Origin: Candidatus Poribacteria bacterium
Lineage (GTDB): Bacteria; Poribacteria; WGA-4E; WGA-3G
Assembly (NCBI GenBank): GCA_028820845.1
Contig: JAPPII010000061.1
Span: 65,889-129,888 of the forward strand
Direction of reading: 5' to 3'
Length of the DNA: 64,000 nucleotides
Shown here piece by piece: positions 28,069-37,200 of the stretch. Numbering within the stretch: the first letter of the stretch is position 1; each line of letters begins with the position of its first letter. The notes under the pieces were generated by a model, which saw nothing but the letters and a program-made list of their open reading frames with translations, was not told the DNA's origin and did no database searches. A program made the position numbers and the translations under genes.

Positions 28069-29427
28069 ATGATGCGTAAAGTTAGTGTGCTTTACCAAGT
28101 CGCAGTCGTCATTATTGGAAGTGTGCTGATGTTTGGTATTCTGGTACAAATGGAGGCATACGGAATGACGCAGACAGTGCCAACGCCGGAGCAAACTGAT
28201 GGGACGACGCTGTTTGCTGAGACGCTTGAACTGCCAAGTTTAATTCGGGCTGCTGTTGAGCGAAGTCCAAAAGTTAAAGCTGCAAAAGCGCGGTGGCAGG
28301 CGACAATTGAGCAATACCTGCAAGTAACAGCATTGCCTGATCCGATGTTCATGTATGGTTACTTTTTGCGAAGCGTGGAGACGCGCGTGGGGCCTCAGCG
28401 TCATCGGGTTAGTTTTTCACAGACATTTCCGTACCCTGGTACGCTTGATACGGCAGGGGAGGTCATCAAGAAGGCAATTGAGATTGAGCGAGTCAAGCAC
28501 GAACAGGTGATACGTGATCTTATTGTTGAATTGAAACTGGGTTACCACGAGTTGGCATATCTCCAACGGGCAGTCGAGTTGACGCGACAGAATCACGAAC
28601 TGGTAGCCTCTATTCTCACGATTGCCACCACTCGTTATGCCGAAGGCAAGGCTGTGCTCAATGATGTCCTGAATGCACAGAGCCAACTCGCGCAATTGGA
28701 ATATGATCTTATCCTGCTGGAGGAGTTACAACGCGTTGAACATGCAAACATCACAGGAATTCTATCGATTCCTTCAGCAACGGCACTGGGTCCGACAATG
28801 CCTGTTCCGTACGAACCGCTTGATGTAGGATTGGTTGATATAGAGAAACAAGCATTGTCAAAACGGCAGGAATTACGGATTGCCGGATTAAGCATTGAGA
28901 AAGCTAGCGAGGGGATTGCACTTGCAGAACTTCAAACCAAACCCATGCTTAAGCTTGATTTAATGACAATAGAAACGGGTAAAGCCTTGATGCAGGACAC
29001 CCTTGGTAGTGGTAAAAATCCGTTCACCATCGGTTTTGGTATAACAATTCCGTGGTCGGATCTAAAGAATAGTAGCAAGGTTCGAGAAGCTCAGCAAAAT
29101 CATGAGGTCGTTAAGGCGAACAAGCATTCCCTTGAGGATACAACGCGGGTTGCCCTCCGAAAGATTTATTTTCGACTTGAGAACGCGCGACGGCTCGTTG
29201 AACTCTATGAGACCACGCTTATCCCACAAGCAGGTACTGCTATTGAAGTTGCTGAGACATGGCACCAAGAAGGTCCCAAAAGCATTACTGGGTTTCTTGA
29301 GACGCAGAGCGTCTGGTTGAATTTTAATCTCGCTCGCCTGCGTGCGATTGCGGACTATCAGCAGAACCTCGCTCGGTTAGAGCAGCTCGTCGGGGGAAGG
29401 ATTGATGATTCACAGACTACGCAGTAG
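28069..29427 (+). CDS. TolC-family outer-membrane efflux protein (CusC-like)
   Basis: 452 aa ORF with a signal peptide and two OEP repeats with coiled-coil segments (LTLEELI.AA...SP...AA......A, DYQQNLARLEQLVG). Confidence 0.8.
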   Translation: MMRKVSVLYQVAVVIIGSVLMFGILVQMEAYGMTQTVPTPEQTDGTTLFAETLELPSLIRAAVERSPKVKAAKARWQATIEQYLQVTALPDPMFMYGYFLRSVETRVGPQRHRVSFSQTFPYPGTLDTAGEVIKKAIEIERVKHEQVIRDLIVELKLGYHELAYLQRAVELTRQNHELVASILTIATTRYAEGKAVLNDVLNAQSQLAQLEYDLILLEELQRVEHANITGILSIPSATALGPTMPVPYEPLDVGLVDIEKQALSKRQELRIAGLSIEKASEGIALAELQTKPMLKLDLMTIETGKALMQDTLGSGKNPFTIGFGITIPWSDLKNSSKVREAQQNHEVVKANKHSLEDTTRVALRKIYFRLENARRLVELYETTLIPQAGTAIEVAETWHQEGPKSITGFLETQSVWLNFNLARLRAIADYQQNLARLEQLVGGRIDDSQTTQ

Positions 29428-31105
29428 AGACAGACTGCAATATCTATTTGCTCGAATGGTTGTGTTGTTCAGACACGTTCAACGTAACGCCATTTTCAGC
29501 ACACTGTATCGCTACTTTTTTCACTATCGGGAATGTTCTGTTCCCTTATTCATCAGCCTTATGATGTTCACTATTCTGGTAGGTGGATGTGCGAATCATC
29601 AACTGGAAACGTACCAAGAATTGCGTGACACTGCGTTAACGCAACCAGTATATTACTATACGGAGATAGAAGAGAAGATTGCTGATGCTGAGAACGAACC
29701 GATTGTGGAACCGGACCCGTTTCTCAGCGAAATTGAAGCAGAGGTGTTGAAATATCAGAAAGAGTGGCAAGCGCGATTAGAAAGTGAGACACCGATGCCA
29801 AATCTGTTTTACGATGTTTCAACAGACCCTGTGAAAGCTTATCGTCAATTGGCAGCGTCTCCTGAAGCAGCGCAGGCGCGGCTTGCTGAGCCGATTACGT
29901 TGGAACTCCTTGTGGCATTCGGGTACGAGTGGAACCCAGGGTTGAAATCTATCCGAGAAAAAATTCGGGCGATACTGAAAAGATATCCGCAGGCTGCTTA
30001 CTTAGAGAACGTGTTACGCCAGTATAACGCCTTCACAAAACAACTGGATACGAAAGTTGGACCGAAACAGCATAAAGAGATGATGGCAATGAAATTTCCG
30101 TTCCCGGGGACCTTAGCATTAAAAGGACAGATTATTACTGAGGATGTACTAATTGCGGAAAAAGAGTTTGAAATCGCTCTGCGTGATCTGGTGACCGAAA
30201 TCAGGTTAGCTTACTACGATTATCTTTTTGTTACTGAGGCGATCCGTATTAACGAAGAAAATCAAAAATTGCTGGAGCAGATGATTGCTATTGCTCAGAC
30301 AAAGTTTCGCGTAGGACGGGGCAAATATTCAAACGTTATTATGGCGCAGGTAGAGTTATCGAAATTGGCGAATACAATTATTACGCTCGAACAACAGCGG
30401 GAGACTGTTATTGCGCGTCTTAATACGTTGTTGAACGTTTCTGCGGATTTGCCGTTAGGAGTTCCAGTGCTAATTGAAGAGAGTAGCGTTATACCTACTT
30501 TGGCTGAGTTGTATCCGTTATCAGTTGAGAAACGTCAGGAAATCCAAAAACAGAAGTTGACAATCAGTAAGATGGGTTTGGTGGTGGAAATGGCGAAGCA
30601 AATGACATATCCTGACCCGACTCTCGGTCCGAGTTACTTTGAAAGCCGGAGTATGGGAGACTTAAAACACAAAGAAAAAATGCCGATGACATTTTCCACG
30701 AGACGTACATTGAATCCAGCAAATACGGCATGGTTCGCACATCGAGGTTCGTATATCCATGAAATGGATGTCAAGATTGAAGCGATGACGCATCAGGTTG
30801 AGAAACTCGAAAGCGATCTTCGCTTTGTTGTGAAAAAACATCATTTCGCTATGGAAACAGCAAATCGGAGTATTCGGCTCTATCGACAGACGCTGCTGCC
30901 GCAGGCACGGCAGGCGTTGGATGCCTCGAACACGGCTTACCAAGCGGCACAAATTGACTTTTTGAGTTTTCTTGACGCGCAACGTACTTTATTAAATTTG
31001 AGGATTGAAGAACAGCGAGCATTGCGCGATTATCGCCAACATCTCGCCCAGTTAGAACAGGCAGTTGGGATAATATTACCAAAGCATCCATTGACTCGAG
31101 AATAG
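29402..31105 (+). CDS. second TolC-family outer-membrane efflux protein (lipoprotein type); start uncertain
   Basis: 567 aa ORF with a lipobox ILVGGC about 60 codons in. It has OEP repeats and a C-terminal DYRQHLAQLEQAVG. The track start overlaps the upstream gene by 26 nt, and the true start may be an internal Met. Confidence 0.7.
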   Translation: MMIHRLRSRDRLQYLFARMVVLFRHVQRNAIFSTLYRYFFHYRECSVPLFISLMMFTILVGGCANHQLETYQELRDTALTQPVYYYTEIEEKIADAENEPIVEPDPFLSEIEAEVLKYQKEWQARLESETPMPNLFYDVSTDPVKAYRQLAASPEAAQARLAEPITLELLVAFGYEWNPGLKSIREKIRAILKRYPQAAYLENVLRQYNAFTKQLDTKVGPKQHKEMMAMKFPFPGTLALKGQIITEDVLIAEKEFEIALRDLVTEIRLAYYDYLFVTEAIRINEENQKLLEQMIAIAQTKFRVGRGKYSNVIMAQVELSKLANTIITLEQQRETVIARLNTLLNVSADLPLGVPVLIEESSVIPTLAELYPLSVEKRQEIQKQKLTISKMGLVVEMAKQMTYPDPTLGPSYFESRSMGDLKHKEKMPMTFSTRRTLNPANTAWFAHRGSYIHEMDVKIEAMTHQVEKLESDLRFVVKKHHFAMETANRSIRLYRQTLLPQARQALDASNTAYQAAQIDFLSFLDAQRTLLNLRIEEQRALRDYRQHLAQLEQAVGIILPKHPLTRE

Positions 31106-31210
31106 TCTTTTCTTGTATAGAATCTTAGCGTGTATTCGTTGCTAATTTCTTTTGAGAGACGCGCGTCTAATCCGTAAAGCAAAACACGGACAATACAAGG
31201 AGTTCACAAA

Positions 31211-33106
31211 ATGTATAAAAATTTCTACCTTGCAACCGCACTGATAATTACCGTGCTTTTTATATTCGGCTGTAATCAGCAAGAGAACGCTGAAATGGCG
31301 CATCGTGTTAGTGAAGAACATGACTCAGTATCGAAGGACCTATCGGGTATGGATGAACACGCTGACCATGCGTCAATGGTAGCATCCTCAGATGAAGCAA
31401 AAGCGATTCGGTTCTGGACTTGTGTTATGCACCCCACGGTCAAAATGCCAGAACCCGGTAGTTGTCCGGTTTGTAAGATGGATCTGATTCCTATCTACGA
31501 AGGTTCAGGGTTAGAACTCACTGAACAACAGAAGGCGTTAATTCCGGTGCGCACCGAGCCGGTCGTTTTCCGAGAGGTATCGCGTGAAATCCGAACCGTT
31601 GGTGTTTTGGATTATAACGAGACGCGTATGGCTTATGCTTCAACACGAATCTCCGGATGGATTGAGGACTTGCACATTGACTTTACCGGTATCAAGGTGC
31701 GTGAGGGGGACGAACTTTTGTCTATCTACAGCCCGGAATTAGTCACAGCACAAGAAGAATATCTGACAGCACTTAAAAGTATTGAGGAACTTCAGAATAC
31801 AGAATACGTGCAACTTCGCAAATCAGTTGAACAAACACTTGTCGCTGCGAAGTCCAAACTTGAATTGTACGGATTAACCTTAAACCAGATTGAGGATATT
31901 CGTAACCGTGGGGAAGTCAGTACAACTTTACCACTGTTCGCTCCGATGGCTGGTACCGTAGTTCACATGAACGTGAGCCAAGGTCAACATGTAAACAGAG
32001 GTATGAATCTTTACCGTATTGCGGATCTCAGTAGTTTATGGATTATGGCGGATGTTTACGAATATGAACTGCCGTGGATTTACATGGGGCAAGCGGTTGA
32101 AATTACGACACAGTCAATGCCTGGGCAAACATTTTCTGGCAAAGTTACTTACATTTATCCATTCTTTGACACACAAACACGGACCCAGAAAGTTCAAATA
32201 GAGGTGCCTAATCCGACTGGACGACTCCGTCCAGGGATGTATGTAACGCTTCAGATAAAACCGACACTTGCAGAAATCTATACCCATGGCGCGATCTCTC
32301 AAGCACCGTATGCCTGCCCGATGCATCCATGGATTACTTCTGAACATCCCACTGAATGTGAAATATGTGGTATGGATCTGGAGCTGACACATTCCGATAT
32401 CATGGGGTCTGAAGTAGAGGGAAAGTGGGTCTGCCCGATGCATCCTGAGGTACAATCTGAGGAATTCAGTGAATGCTCTATCTGCGGTATGGATCTCGTT
32501 GAAAGAGCGGAGGTATCTGCACCGGCAGAAACTCCAGCAACTGTTTGGACGTGTCCGATGCATCCTGAAGTGCAGTCTGAAGAATTCGGAGAATGTCCTA
32601 TCTGTGGCATGGATCTCGTTGAAAAACAGCCGACGGCGACAGGAACTGACACCCATTTCCATACACATCAACCAACCGTCCATTCAGATCTGCCACCACT
32701 GATTTTCAAATATGTATGTCCTGACCATCCCGATGAGTATGCGACTGTACCGGGGCTATGTTCGCGTGATGGAAAGCCACTTCTTATGACCGGTGAAGTC
32801 TTAACTGTTCCTAAGAGTGCGGTCATTAACACGGGTTTACGGAAGATAGTCTTCGTGGATCGTGGCAAATCGGGTTATGAACAGATTGAAGTTGAGGTGG
32901 GCCCTGAAGCTTGGGGAACATCGGATGGTTCGCAAACCAAACGCCGATACTATCCCATCGTTAGTGAGCTTACCCCTGGCGATATGGTTGTTACGCATGG
33001 CAATTTCCTGATAGACTCACAGACGCAATTGACGGGTTCTGCATCAGGTGCTTATGGTGGCGCGCTCGGCGGTGAAGAATCAAAACCGCCTGTCCATCAA
33101 CATTAA
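31211..33106 (+). CDS. cusB: RND efflux periplasmic adaptor (CusB-like) with five heavy-metal-binding Zn-ribbon-like modules
   Basis: 631 aa ORF with an HlyD/MFP core (barrel-sandwich, hairpin, beta-barrel). It also carries WTCVMHPTVKMPEPGSCPVCKMDL, YACPMHPWITSEHPTECEICGMDL, WVCPMHPEVQSEEFSECSICGMDL, WTCPMHPEVQSEEFGECPICGMDL and a degenerate YVCPDHPDEYATVPGLCSRDGKPL. Confidence 0.8.
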   Translation: MYKNFYLATALIITVLFIFGCNQQENAEMAHRVSEEHDSVSKDLSGMDEHADHASMVASSDEAKAIRFWTCVMHPTVKMPEPGSCPVCKMDLIPIYEGSGLELTEQQKALIPVRTEPVVFREVSREIRTVGVLDYNETRMAYASTRISGWIEDLHIDFTGIKVREGDELLSIYSPELVTAQEEYLTALKSIEELQNTEYVQLRKSVEQTLVAAKSKLELYGLTLNQIEDIRNRGEVSTTLPLFAPMAGTVVHMNVSQGQHVNRGMNLYRIADLSSLWIMADVYEYELPWIYMGQAVEITTQSMPGQTFSGKVTYIYPFFDTQTRTQKVQIEVPNPTGRLRPGMYVTLQIKPTLAEIYTHGAISQAPYACPMHPWITSEHPTECEICGMDLELTHSDIMGSEVEGKWVCPMHPEVQSEEFSECSICGMDLVERAEVSAPAETPATVWTCPMHPEVQSEEFGECPICGMDLVEKQPTATGTDTHFHTHQPTVHSDLPPLIFKYVCPDHPDEYATVPGLCSRDGKPLLMTGEVLTVPKSAVINTGLRKIVFVDRGKSGYEQIEVEVGPEAWGTSDGSQTKRRYYPIVSELTPGDMVVTHGNFLIDSQTQLTGSASGAYGGALGGEESKPPVHQH

Positions 33107-33115
33107 AGAGACATT

Positions 33116-33250
33116 TTAGTGTTCTGTCACATCTAAACTGAGAGGCAGTTTGTAGTAGGGAAACCATTCATTGCCCGTTCCTGACGTGCGATAAATCGCA
33201 CTACTACGAACCGGGGTTTCCCCATTATTTGAAGGTTGACAGACTATTAG
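33116..33250 (-). mobile_element. MITE-like structured repeat, copy 1 (inverted relative to copy 2 at 60666..60796)
   Basis: About 88% identical by eye to the reverse complement of 60666-60796. It has imperfect terminal inverted repeats (TAGTGTTCTGTCA.../...TGACAGACTAnTA) and nested internal hairpins. Confidence 0.55.
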
Positions 33251-33325
33251 TGTTCTGTCCACTCTAAAATGAGGGTAAGAATTATTTAGAACACGCTTAG
33301 ATTGCCCACTGCGTCGTGGTTTTTT

Positions 33326-33349
33326 GTAGGAGCGAGCTGTGCTCGCGAC
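33326..33349 (+). repeat. GTAG-headed REP-like hairpin
   Basis: GTAGG-AGCGAGC-TGT-GCTCGCG-AC. Confidence 0.45.
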
Positions 33350-33398
33350 TGCTATACTTCAACTTTGACCTGACAAAGCATTAGGTTCAAAACATGCT

Positions 33399-33422
33399 GT
33401 AGGAGGGGTTTGTAACCCCGAC
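33399..33422 (+). repeat. GTAG-headed REP-like hairpin
   Basis: GTAGGA-GGGGTT-TGT-AACCCC-GAC. Confidence 0.45.
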
Positions 33423-33504
33423 AGAGTGTCTCATTAAAATTATAACATTCACTATAAGAGACAATGCGATTGGCAGAGCACGCTTATAAGAAGTGGGTGG
33501 CAAT

Positions 33505-36500
33505 ATGATTAACCGAGTTATTGAAATCTGCATGAAAAATCGCCTCTTGGTATTGGTTATCTTTGTCTTTGTCACCATGGCGGGTTGGTGGGCATTGAAC
33601 CGCACACCAATTGATGCTATGCCGGACATCGGTGAAAACCAAGTTATTGTCTTTGCAGATTGGCCCGGAAGAAGCCCAAGGGATATCGAGGATCAAGTTA
33701 TCTATCCGTTGAGTATTACCATGCTTGGGATTCCCGATGTCAAAGATGTTCGCTCGACTTCAATGTTTAGCTTTGGTTATATCAATATAATCTTTAAAGA
33801 TGATGTCGATTTTTATTGGGCTCGCACACGGGTATTGGAGCGAATGAATCTCGCCCAAAAAGACATGCCGGAGGGGGTTGTACCGGTCCTCGGTCCCGAT
33901 GCAACGGGGGTCGGACAGGTGTTTTGGTACACTGTTGAGAACGGATATTATTGCCCTAAGCATCCGACAGAACGCTATGCCGATCCGGGCACCTGTCCAG
34001 AAGATGGGGAGGAACTTATCGCCTCCAATTTAGAACTTCATGAACTTCGGACGCTCCAAGACTGGACGGTTCGTTACTATCTCGCCTCTGCTGATGGCGT
34101 TTCCGAGATCGCTTCGGTTGGTGGATACGTCAAACAGTATCAGATCGACATCGATCCAAACACTTTGTTAGCGTATGATGTGCCGCTGTCGGCGGTTTAC
34201 AACGCCGTCCGAGGGAGCAACCTTGATGTTGGTGCTAAGGTTATTGAGGAAGGCGGGATGGAATTCCTGATTCGGGGCTTGGGTTTTATCAAAAGCATTG
34301 AGGACATAGAAAACATCGTTGTTAAGGAACACAATGGCGTTCCGATCTACGTCAAAAACCTTGGGACAGTTAGCGAAGGTCCCGATTTTAGGCGTGGTGC
34401 TTTAGACAAAGCGGGCATTCCAGCGACCGGTGGTGTCGTACTCATGCGATACGGTGATAATCCACTGCGTGTTATTGAGAACGTCAAGGCGAAAATAGCA
34501 GAACTCACACCTGGACTTCCACCGGGGGTCCGAATTGTTCCGTTCTATGACCGGAGTGATCTCATTCACCGTGCAACGGACACGCTGAAGGAAACGCTGA
34601 CAGAGGAAATCATCGTTGCGGCAATTGTTATCCTGCTATTCTTGGGACAAGTTTCAAGTAGCCTGATAATAGCACTTGTCTTGCCGATGGGAGTTCTGCT
34701 TTCGTTTGTGGGCATGCGAATTATTGGTCTACCATCAAATATCATGTCGATGGGTGGTATTGCCATCGCGATTGGTGTCATGGTGGATGCCGGTATTGTG
34801 ATGACGGAAAATATCGCGAGACTTTTGCGGGAACCGCATCCTGGTGAAAGCAAGCTGCAAGTTGCAACCCGTGCTGCCAAGGAGGTGGGGCCCCCTATCT
34901 TCTTTGCAATGCTTATTGTTATTGTTGCGTTCATACCTGTTTTCTCTCTTACGGGTCAGGCGGGTAAGCTTTTCAAGCCGCTTGCCTATACAAAAACATT
35001 TGCGATGCTCGGTGCAGCCCTCTTGGCGATTAGTTTTGTACCCGTTTTAGCGTCGTTTCTAATCACAGATCCGACGCGGACCCGGACAGGGACGGTTTCC
35101 AAGCGAGTGTCACAACTTCTGGCGTTGCTCGGTTGGCCTCTGAGAAAGTTAGCGGATGGGATTACTTGGTTGCTCAGAACCATCTATCGTCCGGTTATCC
35201 AGTTGGCTGTAAAAAATATTTGGACAAAACTCGCGGTTGTTGTTTTGGCAGTGTTGATTTTTATCGCGAGTATACCACTAACGCCTTTCTATAAGAATAT
35301 TGGGCAAGAATTCATGCCGCCACTTAACGAAGGGGCACTGCTATTTATGCCGGTGCTGCTCCCGGGTGCCTCGATTACGCAAGCCAAAGATGTGATGACA
35401 AAACAGGATTTGATTATGAATCGATTCCCGGAGGTTTCACTCGTCGTTGGAAAGTTAGGGCGCGCGACAACAGCAACCGATCCCGCTCCAATTGGCATGT
35501 TTGAAACCATTGTCAATATAGTTGATCCAGCAGAATGGCCCCGGCGTGCTGTTAAACATAGCGCGACGACGGGGCTTGTGGATCACCTCGTTCAACGCTT
35601 AAAACGTGGCGGTCTTATGAGTGAGGAACACGCCGGTCATATTAACGCTGATTTTTCGGATAACATTGCTAAAGCCGCCATAAAGCGATTTGATACCTTG
35701 GCGACAACGTACCACAACTCTTATCTGTCAATTGACGAGCGCGAAAAACTTTATCGGGTCTGGTTGTTACGGATCCTTTTGGAAGAGCTTCTCTCTGAAG
35801 AACGGATGGCGGGAATGGGGTTGGAACAGGTCAAGATTGGCGAATCTGAGACTGAAGTGAAACTGCATCAGATCGCCGAGGAAATTGAGCCGACCCTCGA
35901 GCATAAGACTTACTTCCGTACAAAAAACCGCAACGAACTTATCACCGAGCTGACAGAGGCGACCCGAATGCCGGGCGTTTCACCTATTATGACGCAGCCC
36001 ATCCGCAATCGCGTGGATATGCTCGCAACGGGTATACAAACCCCAATCGGAATCAAAGTGTTTGGTAAGGACCTCGCGAAGATTGAAGAGATTGCCGTAC
36101 GGATTGAGCAGGAGCTCCTTAAACTTGAAGGGGCGCAGGGTCCCTATGCCGAACGCATTGGAAATAAGCCGCACCTTGAATTTCACATCAACAGAGAGGC
36201 GGCGGCGCGCTACGGCATCCAAATCCGAACAGTCCAGCAAATCATCATGACAGCAATCGGTGGTATGAATTTAACCTATACCGTTGAGGGGCGGGAGCGG
36301 TTTCCGATTCGTATCCGCTACATGAGGGAGCTACGGGATAATGTTGAAGCACTCAAACGTGTTCTCGTGCCAGCACCGAAAGGGCTTCATATTCCGCTTG
36401 AGCAACTTGTAACGATTGAAAGACGACCGGGACCAGCGAAGATTGCAAGCGAAAATACACTACTCTTTTCTCGCGTCTTTTGTGATGTAGATGTTGACAC

Positions 36501-37173
36501 CATTGGGCTGGTTGACTTCGTGGCGTTAGCGCAAAAGACGCTTGATGAAAAGATTAAACCGACTTTACCGCAAGGCTACTTCTACGCTTTTAGTGGTCAG
36601 TATGAAGCTGAACTGGAAGCTCGCAGTCGGTTGGCAATTGTCGTCCCGGTGTGTATTGCTGTCATCTTCATATTGCTATACCTCCAGTTCAAGTCGCCTT
36701 CTGCGATGTTTTCAATCTTCCTTGCGATTCCTTTCGCATTTATCGGTGGCATGTGGATGCAGTGGTTGATGCAATACATACCAGAGGCACTCGGCGGTGG
36801 TTATGCCATTAAATACAGTACGGCAGTTTGGGTGGGGTATATAGCCTTATTTGGCATAGCTGTAGAAGATGGCATAGTTTTAATTGAATACCTACTGGAA
36901 CGCGTCCGAGGCGGTGAACCGATTGACGAAGCCGTGATTAATGCTGGCTTATTGCGCGTCCGTCCGATCGTCATGACCACAGCAACGACAATTTTGGCGT
37001 TATTACCAATCATGTTAGCAGAAATTAGCACGACTACCGGGGCGGAATTGATGAAGCCCATTGCAGTGCCTACTTTTGGCGGTATGGTTTCTGCAACAGT
37101 GGCTAACCTTATCTTAGCCCCTGTTTTATTTTCTCTTTTCTATCCGCTTGAGCACTGGGTTCGCCAACGATAG
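33505..37173 (+). CDS. cusA: CusA/CzcA-family heavy-metal RND efflux pump, enlarged (about 1220 aa)
   Basis: The ATG at 33505 gives MINRVIEICMKNRLLVLV.... It has 12-TM RND architecture with two large periplasmic loops. Extra segments are YYCPKHPTERYADPGTCPEDGEELI and a helical segment of ~150 aa in the second loop. The GTG at 33493 in the track is less likely to be the start. Confidence 0.85.
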   Translation: MINRVIEICMKNRLLVLVIFVFVTMAGWWALNRTPIDAMPDIGENQVIVFADWPGRSPRDIEDQVIYPLSITMLGIPDVKDVRSTSMFSFGYINIIFKDDVDFYWARTRVLERMNLAQKDMPEGVVPVLGPDATGVGQVFWYTVENGYYCPKHPTERYADPGTCPEDGEELIASNLELHELRTLQDWTVRYYLASADGVSEIASVGGYVKQYQIDIDPNTLLAYDVPLSAVYNAVRGSNLDVGAKVIEEGGMEFLIRGLGFIKSIEDIENIVVKEHNGVPIYVKNLGTVSEGPDFRRGALDKAGIPATGGVVLMRYGDNPLRVIENVKAKIAELTPGLPPGVRIVPFYDRSDLIHRATDTLKETLTEEIIVAAIVILLFLGQVSSSLIIALVLPMGVLLSFVGMRIIGLPSNIMSMGGIAIAIGVMVDAGIVMTENIARLLREPHPGESKLQVATRAAKEVGPPIFFAMLIVIVAFIPVFSLTGQAGKLFKPLAYTKTFAMLGAALLAISFVPVLASFLITDPTRTRTGTVSKRVSQLLALLGWPLRKLADGITWLLRTIYRPVIQLAVKNIWTKLAVVVLAVLIFIASIPLTPFYKNIGQEFMPPLNEGALLFMPVLLPGASITQAKDVMTKQDLIMNRFPEVSLVVGKLGRATTATDPAPIGMFETIVNIVDPAEWPRRAVKHSATTGLVDHLVQRLKRGGLMSEEHAGHINADFSDNIAKAAIKRFDTLATTYHNSYLSIDEREKLYRVWLLRILLEELLSEERMAGMGLEQVKIGESETEVKLHQIAEEIEPTLEHKTYFRTKNRNELITELTEATRMPGVSPIMTQPIRNRVDMLATGIQTPIGIKVFGKDLAKIEEIAVRIEQELLKLEGAQGPYAERIGNKPHLEFHINREAAARYGIQIRTVQQIIMTAIGGMNLTYTVEGRERFPIRIRYMRELRDNVEALKRVLVPAPKGLHIPLEQLVTIERRPGPAKIASENTLLFSRVFCDVDVDTIGLVDFVALAQKTLDEKIKPTLPQGYFYAFSGQYEAELEARSRLAIVVPVCIAVIFILLYLQFKSPSAMFSIFLAIPFAFIGGMWMQWLMQYIPEALGGGYAIKYSTAVWVGYIALFGIAVEDGIVLIEYLLERVRGGEPIDEAVINAGLLRVRPIVMTTATTILALLPIMLAEISTTTGAELMKPIAVPTFGGMVSATVANLILAPVLFSLFYPLEHWVRQR

Positions 37174-37200
37174 AGAAGATTTTGATACATTGGAGAAATC

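Noticed and set aside
32300-32640. Regularly spaced ~70-120 nt repeats that could be mistaken for a CRISPR-like array.
   Set aside because: They lie inside the cusB reading frame and encode repeated CPMHP...CxxCGMDL metal-binding modules. There is no repeat-spacer structure.
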